A DNA stretch of 64,000 bases, from the NCBI GenBank assembly GCA_001724265.1, contig MEDY01000123.1:1-64000 (forward strand). The letters run 5' to 3'. Within the stretch, counting starts at the first letter, position 1. Each line of letters begins with the position of its first letter. Under the pieces are notes generated by a model that saw nothing but the letters and a program-made list of their open reading frames with translations, searched no databases and was not told where the DNA came from. Of this stretch, positions 36,692-49,300 are shown one piece after another. The stretch comes from Rhizaria sp. SCN 62-66 (lineage: Eukaryota). The position numbers were made by a program, and so were the translations under genes.

Positions 36692-39600
36692 TTATTCCTT
36701 TGTTGTTGCTGATGCCGTAGATGTCACAGTCGCCTTTGCGTAGGCAGCAGCATCTCGTTCCAAGATGTTGTACTTGTGTACACGGTCATTTTTGTCTTCC
36801 TTGGACCCCGCGATGACAATGCGACGGCCCGGGAGCAGCGACCGCAGCGTCAGCGACAGACGGCGATAATCTGGATGCAGACTCACCTCACCGCGCGTCA
36901 GCTTTTTGATTCCGTGTCTACGAAGTGTCCGACAAAAACGAACGCGAGAAACGTGAAAATACAATTTCGGGAGTACAATACGAAATATTGCATGGAAAAA
37001 TTATGTCATGTGATTGAACGTACCGGTAGAGATATCGTGCATCTCCAGCAAGCACATACAGAGAGCCTGCCGCGACAGGTACCGTGACTGTATGAGCGTT
37101 GTAGCAACACTTGTTGACCAGTGCCACACTAGGCGCCAGCGGCTCTGTAATCAGCGCCTCAAGTTCATCCTTCAGCGTCATAAAGATGTCCGCATGGCCG
37201 TGACTCTGATTTCCTTCACGAGCAGACTCAAGCGAGCCCACCGCGGCAACGGCTGCGGCGCTGGCGGCCTGGACCGTCTTTTCCGCGTCGCCCTAGCTCT
37301 TTTTCGTGCGCTCACCGTCCTTGAGCACCACGGCCGCAGTGCGCAGTGCGCCGGTCTCGTTCATCTTGGCCACAATGCGTGCGCGCAGACGCTGCCGCGC
37401 AGTGTCAAAGACGGCTGTCACGGCGCGCTGGCGCTCATCGCGCGCGCAGCGGCAGAAACGAGCCAGCGGCAGCGGGCCGGGGGTCTCCGCCCACAGAGAC
37501 GCGTCCTCGAGGTCAATGACAGCGGGTGTCTTAGCTGCTGCGGTCGGCGAATGTAGCTTAGCGCCGGATGGTGCGTGTGACTGTGCGCAAGAAGATGAGT
37601 CGGGGCAAGAATTACAGCTCCGGCCACATGCACCATCATCAGAATCCTTTGTTGAAGACATGTTCAACTCCTTGAGACGAGCAAGCTCGCGAGGACCGTA
37701 CGTAAGCTCTTGCCAGCGTTCAGCCCGCGTACTATCCAAGTCTGAATCATGAGCTGATGCACTCGTAGAGCTGCTGTTTGTCACAGTTGTAGAACTATTG
37801 TAAAACATAGACGTCATACCTTCTGACAAGTTTGTGAAGTCGACAATATCGTCACCACCAGCTAAGGCGCGGCCAAGCTTCGAGAACTCACGCGTTGAGC
37901 ACGAGTATGACGACGCGTGCGAGACTAGCTGTGCATTGTTTGCGGTATCGTTACTCTCGCATTTATGTTGGTTGTCGTATTGAAGAATCGCAGCGGCAAC
38001 AGCGTCGACGCCCACGGTGTCCGCGAGCGTCATCGGCCGCGGCGTGAGCTCCGCCACGTCGCCCAGCGCCCATTCATGCACGCCGCGCGCCCACTCCGCG
38101 GCTACGGCGGCGTCGACTGCGGACAGCGCCACGCGCGGCGTCACGCCCGCGGCCGCGGCGGCGCGCAGCACCGCGCCGTCAGCCTCCGCAGCGGTTCCGC
38201 CGCTGACGCCCGCGGCGAGCCCGTACGCGTCTGCCACCGAGGCGGCGAACGCGCGCTCCGCCTGCGCGCTCGACTCGGACAGGGCTGGTTTGCTGCCGTC
38301 CGCGCCCGGCGCCTCTATCGTGGCCTGGGCTTCGGTCGCAGCGGCAGCAGCCTCGGCCGCGGCGCGGAGCTGGCGCCGAACCTCACGCGCCTGCGCGCGC
38401 GCGGCGTTGCGGTTCAGCGCCTGCGCGCGCGCAGCGTTGCGGTTCAGCGCCTGCGCCGCGTCGGGCGGGGGCACCGCGCCAAGCCGCACCGCCAGCGACT
38501 CGGCAGCAGTCGCAGTCGCCGTCGCCGCGGCAGCATGCGCCGTCACCGCAATACCGGCCACCAGTTCAGCAGTGCAGTCACTGCTCGTGCTCCGATTTGC
38601 TTCGGCGTTGCTTTCTGCGATGACCGTTGGCGGGATCGACAAGTCGGCCGCCTTGGCGACGGCGACGGCGTCCACTGAGGCCTTGAGCTCTGCGCGCACA
38701 AGCTCGCGGAGGTCAAACCCGGGCGGCGCGCCCTGCGCCATGCGCCGCCGCGCCGTCTCCGCGCCCATGCACAGCGGCAGCGTGAGCGTGAGCGAGCAGT
38801 CGCCCGCGAGCGACACGCCCAGCACGAGCGGCCCGAAGGCCAGCGCGTCGTCGTAGTGCGTCCCAATGTTCTGCTGCGCCGTGTACTCATTTGCCAGCAC
38901 CTGCAGCGGGAACGACGTCGAGAGCCGCGGCGGTGACGGGGGCCGCGACATCAGCGGGGCCGCGCCGGGCAGGGCGTCCCGGTCGCGGCCGCGGGCGGGC
39001 GAGGGGGTCCGCTCGCTGGTGACAATGGTGTTCGCAGCAAAGCTCGTTGCAGTTTCCACCGTGTGATTGTGTGCTGGGTCGCTGAATGGCCCAGTACGGC
39101 TGCTTGAGACAGGCTCGTACACAGTGATTTTTGACTAGGAGACTGCGCGCGAGTGTTGCGACCAGTCACCCTCAGCGCCAACAACGACAGCTGCAGCATA
39201 GTTGCTGAGTGCGCTGTCGTTAATGTCACTGGTACTGCTAGCGTTGCCTCTGTGGGGCAGTGAGAGCCTGCGGTGGCGGCGAACCTTTGCTAGTCGCGGC
39301 CGTCCACTACCGTCATTCCGCGTGTTCACCTTTTCATCGTCGACGTTGCCCGCCATAGGATTCACCGAGTCACTATCAGGGTCGGCAACAATCCCATTAT
39401 CGGAGTGGCCATCGCCAGTGTTGTTGTCGCCTCTCGCACTCGCCACGGTGACCGAGTCGACGCGCGCGTACTCGGCCATCACGTCAGTGCGGTCCGCGGG
39501 CTCGAAGGCGCCCGCGGCTAGCGCGCGGTCCACGAGCCACTGCAGCGGCGCCAGAGGGAACGCGGCGTGGTTGCGGGGAGAAGCCGCCGAGGCCGCATCT

Positions 39601-40043
39601 CTCGTGGAAGTCATATGCACCTTGCGATCGCCTATTGTGGTGTTTGTGTTAGTCGTATTGGCACTGTGCACATTGTCAGAAGGGTTCATGCTCGGTGAAA
39701 TGATGGCCGCCGCACCCTCAAGCGGTTGGAGAGTCGACCGCGGGCACTGCGGCGTGTGGTAGTACACCTGTCCGTAGAATTGCTGCCGCCGGTGAATCAG
39801 CCGCTGGTACGGGCGCGCGTCCAGCGCAGCCACTGTCGCGGCCTGCTCAGAAAGCGAGAGGAAGTCGGGCAAGTACAGCAGACCAGTCGGCAGCGCGAAC
39901 GGTGGCGGCATAGGCACGGGGTGCGGGTTGGGAAACACGCGAAACGCAGGGGCATCCACCATCGGCTGTGCATCGCTGCTAACAGCCGCCGCGACTGTTT
40001 CATGAGCGTCGGGCGCAGTGTCGACAGCCGCAGCAGAAGACAT
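36692..40043 (-). CDS. AlkB-family 2OG-Fe(II) dioxygenase, ~1080 aa, two in-frame TAG codons; 2 exons (40043-37024, 36917-36692)
   Basis: GLLYLPDFLS..EQ and RRQQFYG; then TAG 39137-35; QVLANEY..IGTHYDD..FGPLVLGVSL; then TAG 37295-93; GSLYVLAGDARYLY-R (intron GTACGT 37023..TAG 36918) HGI...RRLSLTLR. This gives a complete HxD...H...R.....R set. Ends TAA. Confidence 0.85.
38389..38457 (-). repeat. 30 nt coding tandem duplication (AQALNRNAAR x2.3) inside the AlkB insertion
   Basis: Plus strand gcctgcgcgcgcgc(g/a)gcgttgcggttcagc occurs twice in tandem, with a partial third copy. Confidence 0.85.
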
Positions 40044-40700
40044 GCTACGAATGCTGCGGGTCGGGGTTTGAGGGATAAGAGTAGGAGTCTTGCGGGGCGT
40101 GTGGTGTGCTTGTATAGTTATATGGCGGTTAATCAAACGAGCACAACTTGCGAGCATCCATGAGCTGCAGTCGCATGGACAAGTAAACCCACGTGGGCAG
40201 AAATGAGTTGGTAGGGGCGGGAAGAATTGATGTGAGATAAATGCACTGTCGCATCTTGCAAAGGTATAATAAAAGGAACACATAGAAAACCACGCACAAA
40301 TACGCAACAATACATTTTTAAGAAATGAATACGATTATTTGCGTCGCAATAGACTATACAAGTTAGTCGCTAAGTGTGCCATGCTGGGGCTTGGCTGTTC
40401 CCAGTGGTTCGCAAAAAAGTTGGACGGATGGATCACGTCAGGAAGCCCGAAATTAACATGCTAGATCTCATTGCAGACAGTTTAATTTTAACTGCAAAGT
40501 GATCAGCGTAAATGTATATCAGATAAAAAATGCACAATTTTAAACGATGTCTTACTGAACTGAATGGAACCTTGTCAATTCAAACTGCTACAAAGTACTC
40601 CCAACCCGCAGTCGGCCTCTTCCGCGCCATCACACATCCTGTGGACCACCAGTTTTCACACCCAGTCTCTGCTGCCACGAACGCAGCCCGCGGATTCTCG

Positions 40701-43700
40701 ATGAGCGCGCATGCCTACTCGGCCTCTTCGAGCGGCGACTTGTCTGCTTCCTCGTCTGGAGTGAGCGTCCCCATGGTGACGTACCCAGCGTCGTACAGCA
40801 GCGACGTCCTGGACTCCGTCGCGTCCAATTATCTCGTCGCACGCGGCTACAATGAGGCCGCTGCGCTGCAGTCTGCCATTGCCTAGCGCCGCATGCACCC
40901 GCCTGCGTCTGACTCGAACTTCATCGCTGAGCCCCCCGTTTTGTCCAGCATGGGTCTGCTCAACTCAACTGTCCAAGACGTCACACCAATCCTCTCCACC
41001 GATAGCAGTAGCAGCGGCAGCAATACAGGAGCCAATCTCGGCTCACTTTCCACGGACGCAAATTCTCTGTTCCCCGCACCCGTGGCGTCCGTCGCCTCCG
41101 ACCTGGACTCGACAAGCACGTACTCGCTGGCCGTCTGCAACCGCGAGTTCTCGCTGCTCTCGCAGTACATCGCGCAGCTCCCCGCCGCTAGTGCCGTGCA
41201 GTGCGAGCTCGCCACGCTGCGCTTTCCGCTCTTCGCGTCGTTCATTATCAACATGGTGCGCTGCGGGAACGTGCACGCGGCGGGCGCGTTCTTCCAGACG
41301 TACTGCCCCGACTTCGCCGAGTCGCACCACACGCAGATCAACCATCTCAAGGAGATCCACGGCGCGCAGTCGCTGCTGACGAACGACTTCACCAGAGCCT
41401 GGCTGCGCGAGAAGCAGCCGCTCGCGCTGTCGCCCGCGGCCTGGGGCGACTGCTTTGCTTTCTTGGTCGCCAACGGACTCGTGCTCTCTCTGCGCGTGTG
41501 CGTCGAGCGCCTCAGTCTTATCACCGCGGCCTCCTCTGCGCCCGCTGACGTCGAGGCCGCCGCGCGCTACGCCGTGTACCTGGCCGACGCGCAGGCCAAG
41601 ATTGCGCGCGACATTGTCGTCGGCGCACTTCCGGGCGGCTCCGAGGCGCTGCCGCGCCTGGCCGTCACGGCCCCGGGCAGCAGCGCCGCGCCCATGCTGC
41701 GTTCCGTCGCGGGCGCCGCGGCCCAGCACGCCGCGGGCGCCAAGCCTGCCGCGCCGACGCTCCCCTCGGTCGCCGTAGCCGAGGCGAGGCTCTTCGACGT
41801 GGTCACCTACGCCGCCTCGCAGGCCAAGAACACCGAGCTCCTGCTGGGCCCGCTCGCGGACCGCGCGGCGTCTGTGATCCGCGCCACGCAGGTCGCGCGC
41901 GCCGCGCACACGCGCCTCATGTTGCAGGCCGTTGCCAGCGCCAGCGCCGGCGCGGGCGCGGGCGCGGGCGCGGGCAGCGGCGCGGGTGAGGCGATGACGG
42001 ACGAGGCCGCGCCCGCCAACCACTCGACCGCGACTGCGAGCCCCGCCGCGGGCAACGCGAGTGCGGCGGCCCTGGCGCTGCCGCTTCGCGAGGAATCGGC
42101 TGCCGCAGTCATCGCGCACTCACAAGTACGTTGGATGTAATGATGCATGCTATATCAAGTCGAATCTTTATTTTTCATTCAGTGATCACACTCTTTATCT
42201 TACGCATTATATTTTGTCTTTGTTTATTCGTCAATTTTTTTCATCCCTAGGGCCTCGTCTCGACCCTGACCATGGAGCGCGACGTCACGATCGGCCCCGA
42301 GGAGCTCCGCACCGCTGCGCTGCAGCCGAGCCACCACGCGCTGACTCCCGGCAACATAGAGCTGTTGAACAACTGCCGGCGCACGCTCATGCCGGCGCAG
42401 GCTGCCGATGTGCCGCTGCCCGCGCAGGCGCACGACGCCTCGCTGCGCCGCACCGTGAACCTCCTCAACGCGGACGCGTTCAAGCCCGCGGCGGGCGTGG
42501 GGCTCGGCCCCGGTGTCGGCGGCGCGCCCGCGGCCGCCTTGGCCGCCAGGGTCACCGAGAGCCGCAACGCAGCTGTCGCGGCCGCGCGCGCCTCCCAAGC
42601 GGCCGCAAGTACGAGCAGCGCGAGCTCCAGCGCAAGCACGAGCGCGGCTGCGAATGTGACTGCGGGCGCGAGCGGTGACAGCGTCGCCAAGGCTGCGGCG
42701 ACCCGCGCCGCGGCCGAGGCCGTGTGCGCGGCGGCCGCTTACGACACCAGCGCGCACGTGAACCACCTGCCGTCGGCGGTGATGTACTCGCTGGTCAACG
42801 CGCGCAATGAGCTCTGCGCGACAGCCGTGAGCGGCGACTGCGCGCTCGTCGCCGCGGGCATGCAGGACTCGACCGTGAGCGTTTGGAACCTCAACCCGTC
42901 GCAGTCCGCGGTTGCCAGTGCGACGAACAGCAACACGGCGAGCAAGAGCCGGATCACGCGGCTTGTGGGCCACTCGGGGCCCGTCACCGCGCTGTCGCTA
43001 CAGATCGCGCACGGCAGCGGCAGCTACAGCAACAGCGACGCCTTCCTCTCGCTCCTCACCCCGCAGCAGCAGAAACAGCAACAACAGCAGCAGCAGCCGG
43101 CGCAGAGCGGCGCACAGTGCCAGGACTACGGGCTCCTGCTCTCGGGCTCGGTCGACGGCACGGCCAAGGCCTGGCACCTTGGCTCCGACGCGGCCGTGGG
43201 CACGTACCGCGAACACACGGGGCCCGTGCTCTCGGTCACCGCGGCGCCCATGGGCTACTACATCGCCACCGGCTCCCACGACTCGACCGCGATGCTCTGG
43301 GCCACCGAGCGGCCCTCCGCGGGCACAGGCGCGCACACGCTGGGGCTGGACGCCCCGGCCGTGGCCAACGGCGGCGAGGGCGGGCTCGGCGGCGCGCTGC
43401 GCATCTTCTGCGGCCACACCAGCGCCGTGCGCGCGACATGCTTCCACCCCAACACGCGCTATCTGGCTACGGGCTCGGACGACGCCACCGTGCGCCTCTG
43501 GTCGCTCGCCTCGGGCGGCACGGCGCGCGTGTTCCTACAGCCCGCGAGCGTGGTTAACTCGTCGCTCATGTACGGCGACACACTGGCTGAAAACAACCAG
43601 CAGGGGCTGCTCGCAGAGCGCCTCACCGCCTTCGGGGCCTTCGGCTCCAACACGGCCGGCTCGGCAGACGTTGCGCCCGTGCGCGCGCGGTCCGCGCTGC

Positions 43701-44428
43701 TGCGCACTGCGCTGGGGCCCTCGCTGCAGCACAACGCACACGGCGCCTTCACACACGGCGGGCTCGGCCACGCGTCCGGGCTCAGCGTGGGCGTCGGCGC
43801 GCAGTACGGGGCCGGACTGGCGGGCGCTGCGGTGCGCACGGTGGCCATCAGCCCTGACGGGACGCTGCTCGCGGGCGGCACGCAGGACGGCGCCGTGGTC
43901 GTCTGGGATCTGGCCTCTGCGCGCGTGCTCTGGGCCGTGCCCGGCCGCGCGGGGCTCTACTCCGCCGCCGCGTACGGACTGCCCAGCGACGCGCTCCCCG
44001 CCTGGAGCGGCGGCGCCGGGGCTGGTAGCAACAGCGGCAGCATGAACGGCATCAGCAGCGGCTCTGGTGCGCTGGCGCGCGCGAGCGTGAGTGCGGGTAC
44101 GGGCCACACGGGCGCCGTGACGTCGCTGAGCTTCTCGCTCGACGGCAACCTGCTCGCGTCGTCCTCGCTCGACGGCACCGTCAAGCTGTGGCGCGTCAAC
44201 GGCGCCTCGGCCTTCCTAGGCGCTGCTGACACGCAGCCCGGCGAGGCCGTGCCGTGGGCGCACCTGGCGCGTACGCCACTGGGCGAGAACATTGACGTCC
44301 TGGACAAGCACCTGGCACAGACGCTCTACACGAAGCAGACGCCCGTGTGGACCACGCAGTTTAGTGACAGGAACCTGCTCACCAACGTCGGCGTCTTCCG
44401 CAGGCCGCAGTCCATTCTTGGCGAGTAA
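40701..44428 (+). CDS. TAF5: TFIID subunit TAF5(-like): LisH + NTD2 + WD40, ~1200 aa; 2 exons (40701-42125, 42251-44428), in-frame TAG 40884-40886
   Basis: LisH-like VASNYLVARGY; NTD2-like ELATLRFPLF; LPSAVMYSLVNA; LVGHSGPV; PMGYYIATGSHDSTAMLW; LRIFCGH...FHPNTRYLATGSDDATVRLW; C-terminal TKQTPV...FSDRNLL. Intron GTACGT(42126)..TAG(42250). Ends TAA. Confidence 0.88.
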
Positions 44429-44633
44429 AGCGTTTCTTGCGACGTCTCGTTTGCACAAGTTTTGTGCCCTTTACTACATAGGCGATTCAAGTTAAACATC
44501 TATTATTGAGTTTATTATTCTTACAAGTCAGATATACAATACATCTTTCTACCTTGATATGTTATCCTTAACAACAAAACATCGGTGTGCTGTCATTTTT
44601 GTCTGTCAAAGTCGTTCCTTGTTCACAACGCCT

Positions 44634-45956
44634 TTAGTACTCGTTGGCGCCCTCTGCACCGCCAGCGTCACCCTCGCCGCCGTCGACGGTGCCCGCGGCC
44701 CGCGCCTGGACCATTCGCTCGAGCGCCTCGCGCACGACCTCGGGCGAGAACTCGGCCGTCTGCTTCTTCCACGAGTAGCACACCTCCTCCAGCTTTGACA
44801 GCGAGTCCTTGAGCGTCTGCGTCTTGCCCTCGGTGTCCTTGCGGCGCAGCTGCAGCGCGTCGCTGTGAAGCGCCACGGCGCCGCCCAGGTGCAGTGACAG
44901 CGCCGCGATGAAGGTCGCGATCTGCGCCGCGAACGCGGGCGACCGCGGGGCGACGGTGAGTCCGAAGCGCATGAGCTCGCCGGTGAGGTCGAACAGGCCT
45001 AGGAGGTAGTCCGCGGGGGGAATCGGCAGCACGGGGGTCACCACGGCCGGCATGGCAAAGGCGGCAGTAGTGGCGATGGCAGTCTTATTGCTGTCGTTGC
45101 TGTTGCTGTTTCTGTTGCTGTTGCTGGGGAAAATGGCGCTGGGAACAGGGCCGTCCAGCATCAGCTGTGCAAGGTTCTCCGCCGTGCCAGCGGCGGCCAT
45201 TGTGCCGTCCTCAGTCTCGCCGGCGACACCGCTGGAGCTCGTAGCGGCAGCGGCCTTGGCCTCGGCGGCGGCCTCTGCCTCTGCCTCTGCCTTAGCGGCG
45301 GCGGCTTCTGCCTCAGCCTCGGCGGCGGCGGCCTGCTGGTTAGCCGCGGTCTCCTCCTCGTCGAGCGCGGCAAAGTCCTCGGCAATGGCGGCTGCGATGT
45401 GCTCCTGCTCGCACAGGGCGTGGTGCTTGAGGAAGTGGTAAAACGTGAAGGCCTCGACGTACTCCTGCAGGCAGAAGTTGAAGCGCTTGTAAAACTCCCA
45501 GTACAGCGGCAGCAGCGGCTTGTCCTCGGCCGCGGCCGCGCGCGCGGCGATGGTGGCCGTGGTCGAGGCGGGCGCAAGATCGCTGTAGGTGCGCGCAAGC
45601 AGCTTCGTGAGGTCGCGCATCTGCGCGTGCACGTTGCGGATCTCACTGCGCGCGCCGGTCAGGAACGTCGCGTCGTCAGTGGTCAGTGACATGCGCTGCA
45701 GCAGCGAGATAACGCGCTTGCTGGCGGCTGTGATGTCACGCGAGAGCTTGTAGACTTCCTCGCGCGTCGCGTTGACGGCGTCGAACTCGAGCGCGAAAGC
45801 CTCGAACGTAGCCGTGAACTGCGTGCGCGGCAGCGCGGGCACCACAGCACCGCCGTTGCCGCCAGAGCGGGCGCCGCCGCGGCCACCCGTGAAAGAACGC
45901 TTGTTGCCACCGCCGCCACGGGCGCCACCGCCACCGCGGCCACCACGAGCAGACAT
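44634..45956 (-). CDS. TSNAX: Translin-associated factor X (TRAX; C3PO nuclease subunit) with an RGG-rich N-terminus
   Basis: REEVYKLSRDITAASKRVISLLQR, LQEYVEAFTF and DYLLGLFDLTGELMR carry the acidic catalytic residues typical of TRAX, plus SLSKLEEVCY. Ends TAA. Confidence 0.88.
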   Translation of the reverse strand: MSARGGRGGGGARGGGGNKRSFTGGRGGARSGGNGGAVVPALPRTQFTATFEAFALEFDAVNATREEVYKLSRDITAASKRVISLLQRMSLTTDDATFLTGARSEIRNVHAQMRDLTKLLARTYSDLAPASTTATIAARAAAAEDKPLLPLYWEFYKRFNFCLQEYVEAFTFYHFLKHHALCEQEHIAAAIAEDFAALDEEETAANQQAAAAEAEAEAAAAKAEAEAEAAAEAKAAAATSSSGVAGETEDGTMAAAGTAENLAQLMLDGPVPSAIFPSNSNRNSNSNDSNKTAIATTAAFAMPAVVTPVLPIPPADYLLGLFDLTGELMRFGLTVAPRSPAFAAQIATFIAALSLHLGGAVALHSDALQLRRKDTEGKTQTLKDSLSKLEEVCYSWKKQTAEFSPEVVREALERMVQARAAGTVDGGEGDAGGAEGANEY

Positions 45957-46305
45957 GAAGTAGGTTGAGGAGCTTTAAGCCGAAAGACGAGTTGTTCAGA
46001 TCAAGGGTTATGCGCTAACAAGGCTGAAACCGAAGAGACGAACACTACAGATAAAGCAAAATAGAAAACATAGTAGACATGACATTTTGAGTATTATACT
46101 ATACATGTGCCCCTATTTGTCGGACTTGACGCACTCTATTTCATACTTCTTTACAACGTCCTCCGCACATGACTCACGGCTTGGCTCATCCCACCACATA
46201 TCATTATTTTCATCTGTCTCTTCATAGTCTGGTACGAGTGCAGGGTATATCCAAAATATACGATATACCGACGCTTTAGGTACTCAACCGGTTTGTTTTC
46301 GCACG

Positions 46306-49300
46306 ATGAACGCTTTAGGCTCCGCCGCGACGTCTTGCGCGTCTGCGACTTGCTTTCCTCCCCGTGCCCCCTGCGGCATCGATGTCACAGTGCTCACGCC
46401 TGTCTACAACGCGGCAGCCTACCTGCCTGACTGCATTGCCACCCTGCTTGCTCAGGACGTCCTTGACACACCGTTCTGCCTGACACACAACCCGCACCCC
46501 GATACAGCGCCCGCGAGCTCGAGCAGCGCCGCTTGCGTGAGTGCGGACGCTGCCTCTCCGTGCTCGCGCTCACCCGCACGACTCGAGTGGAGCATCTACG
46601 ACGACGCCAGCAGCGACGACTCCGTCGCCGTGATCCTCTCGCACGCGCCCGCCCTTCTGGCCCGTGGCGTCTCGCTCGTCATCTCGTCTTTCTCACATCC
46701 GCACCCGATCCGTCTTGACGCCAGCGCACCCCCCGCCGCGCACGGCGCCCTGGTCGCGGCCGCCGTCGCCGCGCTCGCCCCGTGCCACCTGCCCGCGCCC
46801 GCCGCTGTGGCCGCGGCCGCCGATGCGTACCGACGCTACGACGCGTGGGCCGCGAACCACGCTGCTGAGGCCGTCGCGGCCGCCGCGGCCGCCGCCGCCG
46901 ACGCTGCGAACGGTGGTGGGCAGTCGAGTGCCAAGGGGGGCAACCTGCCTGCGGGGTGGAAGGTCGACTCGAAGGGCCGCGCGCGCAAAGTCAAGCCGGC
47001 CCCCGGAAGTGAGGCCGCTGCCGGCGCAAGCGAGAGGCGGCCTAAGCTGAGTGCGGAGGAAATTGAGCGGCTGAAGGCCGAGGCTGCTGCCCGCAAGGCT
47101 GCTGCACTCAATGCTGCTGTGACCACAAGTGCTGGTGTTGACACCGCTGCTGCCCCTTTGACGACTGCAGCTTCAAGCAATAGCACCGACTCGACCGCAA
47201 ACCTTGCCACTGAAGAGAGCGCTGTCGCAGTCGTGAAGCGTCCTCGCACAACCTCGAGCAATAGTAATGATAGTACCGCCAACAAGTGTGATACTGATGA
47301 CAGCAACTCCGTCTCCGTCACCTGTGCCTCTGCCGTCTTTGCACCTGACGCCGCTTTGGCTCCAGCCGCTATCTCAACGCCCACACCCGCGCCCGCGCCC
47401 GCTGTGCCCTCGGCTGCGGCGGCGACTGCGTCCGCGGCGGCGACTGCCTCCGCGGGCCTGCACCCGCTGGTGCCGCGCGTGCGCGACGTGGGCCACGCGC
47501 GCAACCGCGCGTTGTTGCAGTCGCGCGGCGCATGGCTGCTGATGCTCGACGCGGACGACTGCACGCCGCGCCGCCGCGTGGGCACTGTGCTGCGCTGGGC
47601 TTGCGCGGACTGGGCGCGGCAGCACCAATCACACCGCACGGGCACCAGCGGCGATGCGACGGACTCATGCTCACAATTGCAGTCGCATTCGCAGTCTCAG
47701 TTGCAGTTGCAGTCGCAGCGCGGTGCGGAGGAGCCCGCGTACCCGCCGCCCGTGCTGTACGGCACGCGGTTCACGCGCACGCCGGCCGGCTCCACACCGC
47801 GCTACAACGCCTTCCTCAACGCGCTGTCCGCGGACGAGGTCGTGCAGTTCCGCCACCGCGACCTCACGCTGGTGCAGCCCACGTGGCTGCTGTCGCGCAC
47901 GGCCTATGCGGTCACGTTTGCGCTCAACATCAACACCAACTCTGCCGAGAACAATATCGGTGACCACGCAAGTGCTATCGTGAACACTGGCGACTACCGT
48001 GCAGTGCGCGCGTGGGCGCGCTCGCAGTTTGCCAACCCGCTGACAGGTGCTCCTGCTGTAGCTCACCAGAGTGATTGTTCGCGCAAATCCGTTCCTGGGT
48101 TAGACTTGCAATCACATGACTTACAGTCACTCTTATTGCCTATGAATAACAATGTAGATCCCGCCGATACTGCTTCTGTTGCCAAGGCAATGGACAGCGT
48201 CTTTTTTCCCTGCCCGCAGTCATCGCCCCAAGCTGCTGACTTGCTATCAAGTACAACGTCTGCGCTTACAGGCACTGTGCCCACGGTTTCTGTGACGGCG
48301 CCGCACTACTGCCCGTTCTCCCGCGACCCCGTGCTCCTCTCGAGCGTGAGCACTCGCACCAGCAGCGACTCGACGCCGCCGCTGGTGACTGTGAGCAGCG
48401 GCGTCGACCTCGGCGGCGGCTACCCGCAGACCGGGCTCGGGACCCCCGAAGACCTGCTCTTCTTCCACCGCGCGCTCCGCAGCGGCGCGCGCCTGGGCCT
48501 GTGTCCGCTGCGCTCGGCGGAGGTCGTGTACCGCTACAGCGCCACGTCGGCCAGCGCCAGCGTCAAGATCGGCGCAATGATGGCCAATCGCGTGGAGCAC
48601 TTTGAGACGACCGTGCTCACGACGCTGCCCGCGGCCGCCTGCGCCGGCAACGCGCAGGCGGACACTGCGGCGCAGGCCACTTCAAACTCGCGAAAGAACA
48701 AGAATAAGGACAAGAGCCAGAACGATGCGTCGGGTGACGCCGCGAGTGCGCCAATGTGCGATAACGACGCGGCAACTGCTGAGGCCAACGCTCGTGCTGG
48801 TGTGACCGCTATGACCGATAGTGATGTCTCTGCTGTTGCTGCCGTGAGTCCCTCTGTGAGCACCTGTGGTCCTGATGTCAATGCTCCCAATGAGAGCGCT
48901 TTTATTCGCATCAGTGATATGCTTGTGCCCTTTGCTGCTGAGGCGAGTGAGTCAGAGCTTGAGACCGCAGCCACCCTTGTGATCGCTGATGCTGCCGCTG
49001 ATGCGGAGGCTAGCGCTGGTGGCAGTGCACGTGGCGGGAATGAAGAGGCAACGGCGTCGGTATTGCGCAAGAGCGATATCATAGCTGGCCGTAGCGTTAA
49101 TGTTAGCACAACGACGAATGTTTCAAGCGACAACCGCAATGCTACTACTGGCTCGTTGGAGTCCAATGCAGGCGCTGCTGCTCCATGCGCGGCAACCACG
49201 CTTCCTGACTGGGACTGGGGCGACCCCAGCGTCAAGTTCGGCATCTGGGGCAACGGGCGCGACGGCAAGCGCTTCTACAACGCGCTCAGCGGCGCTGCTC

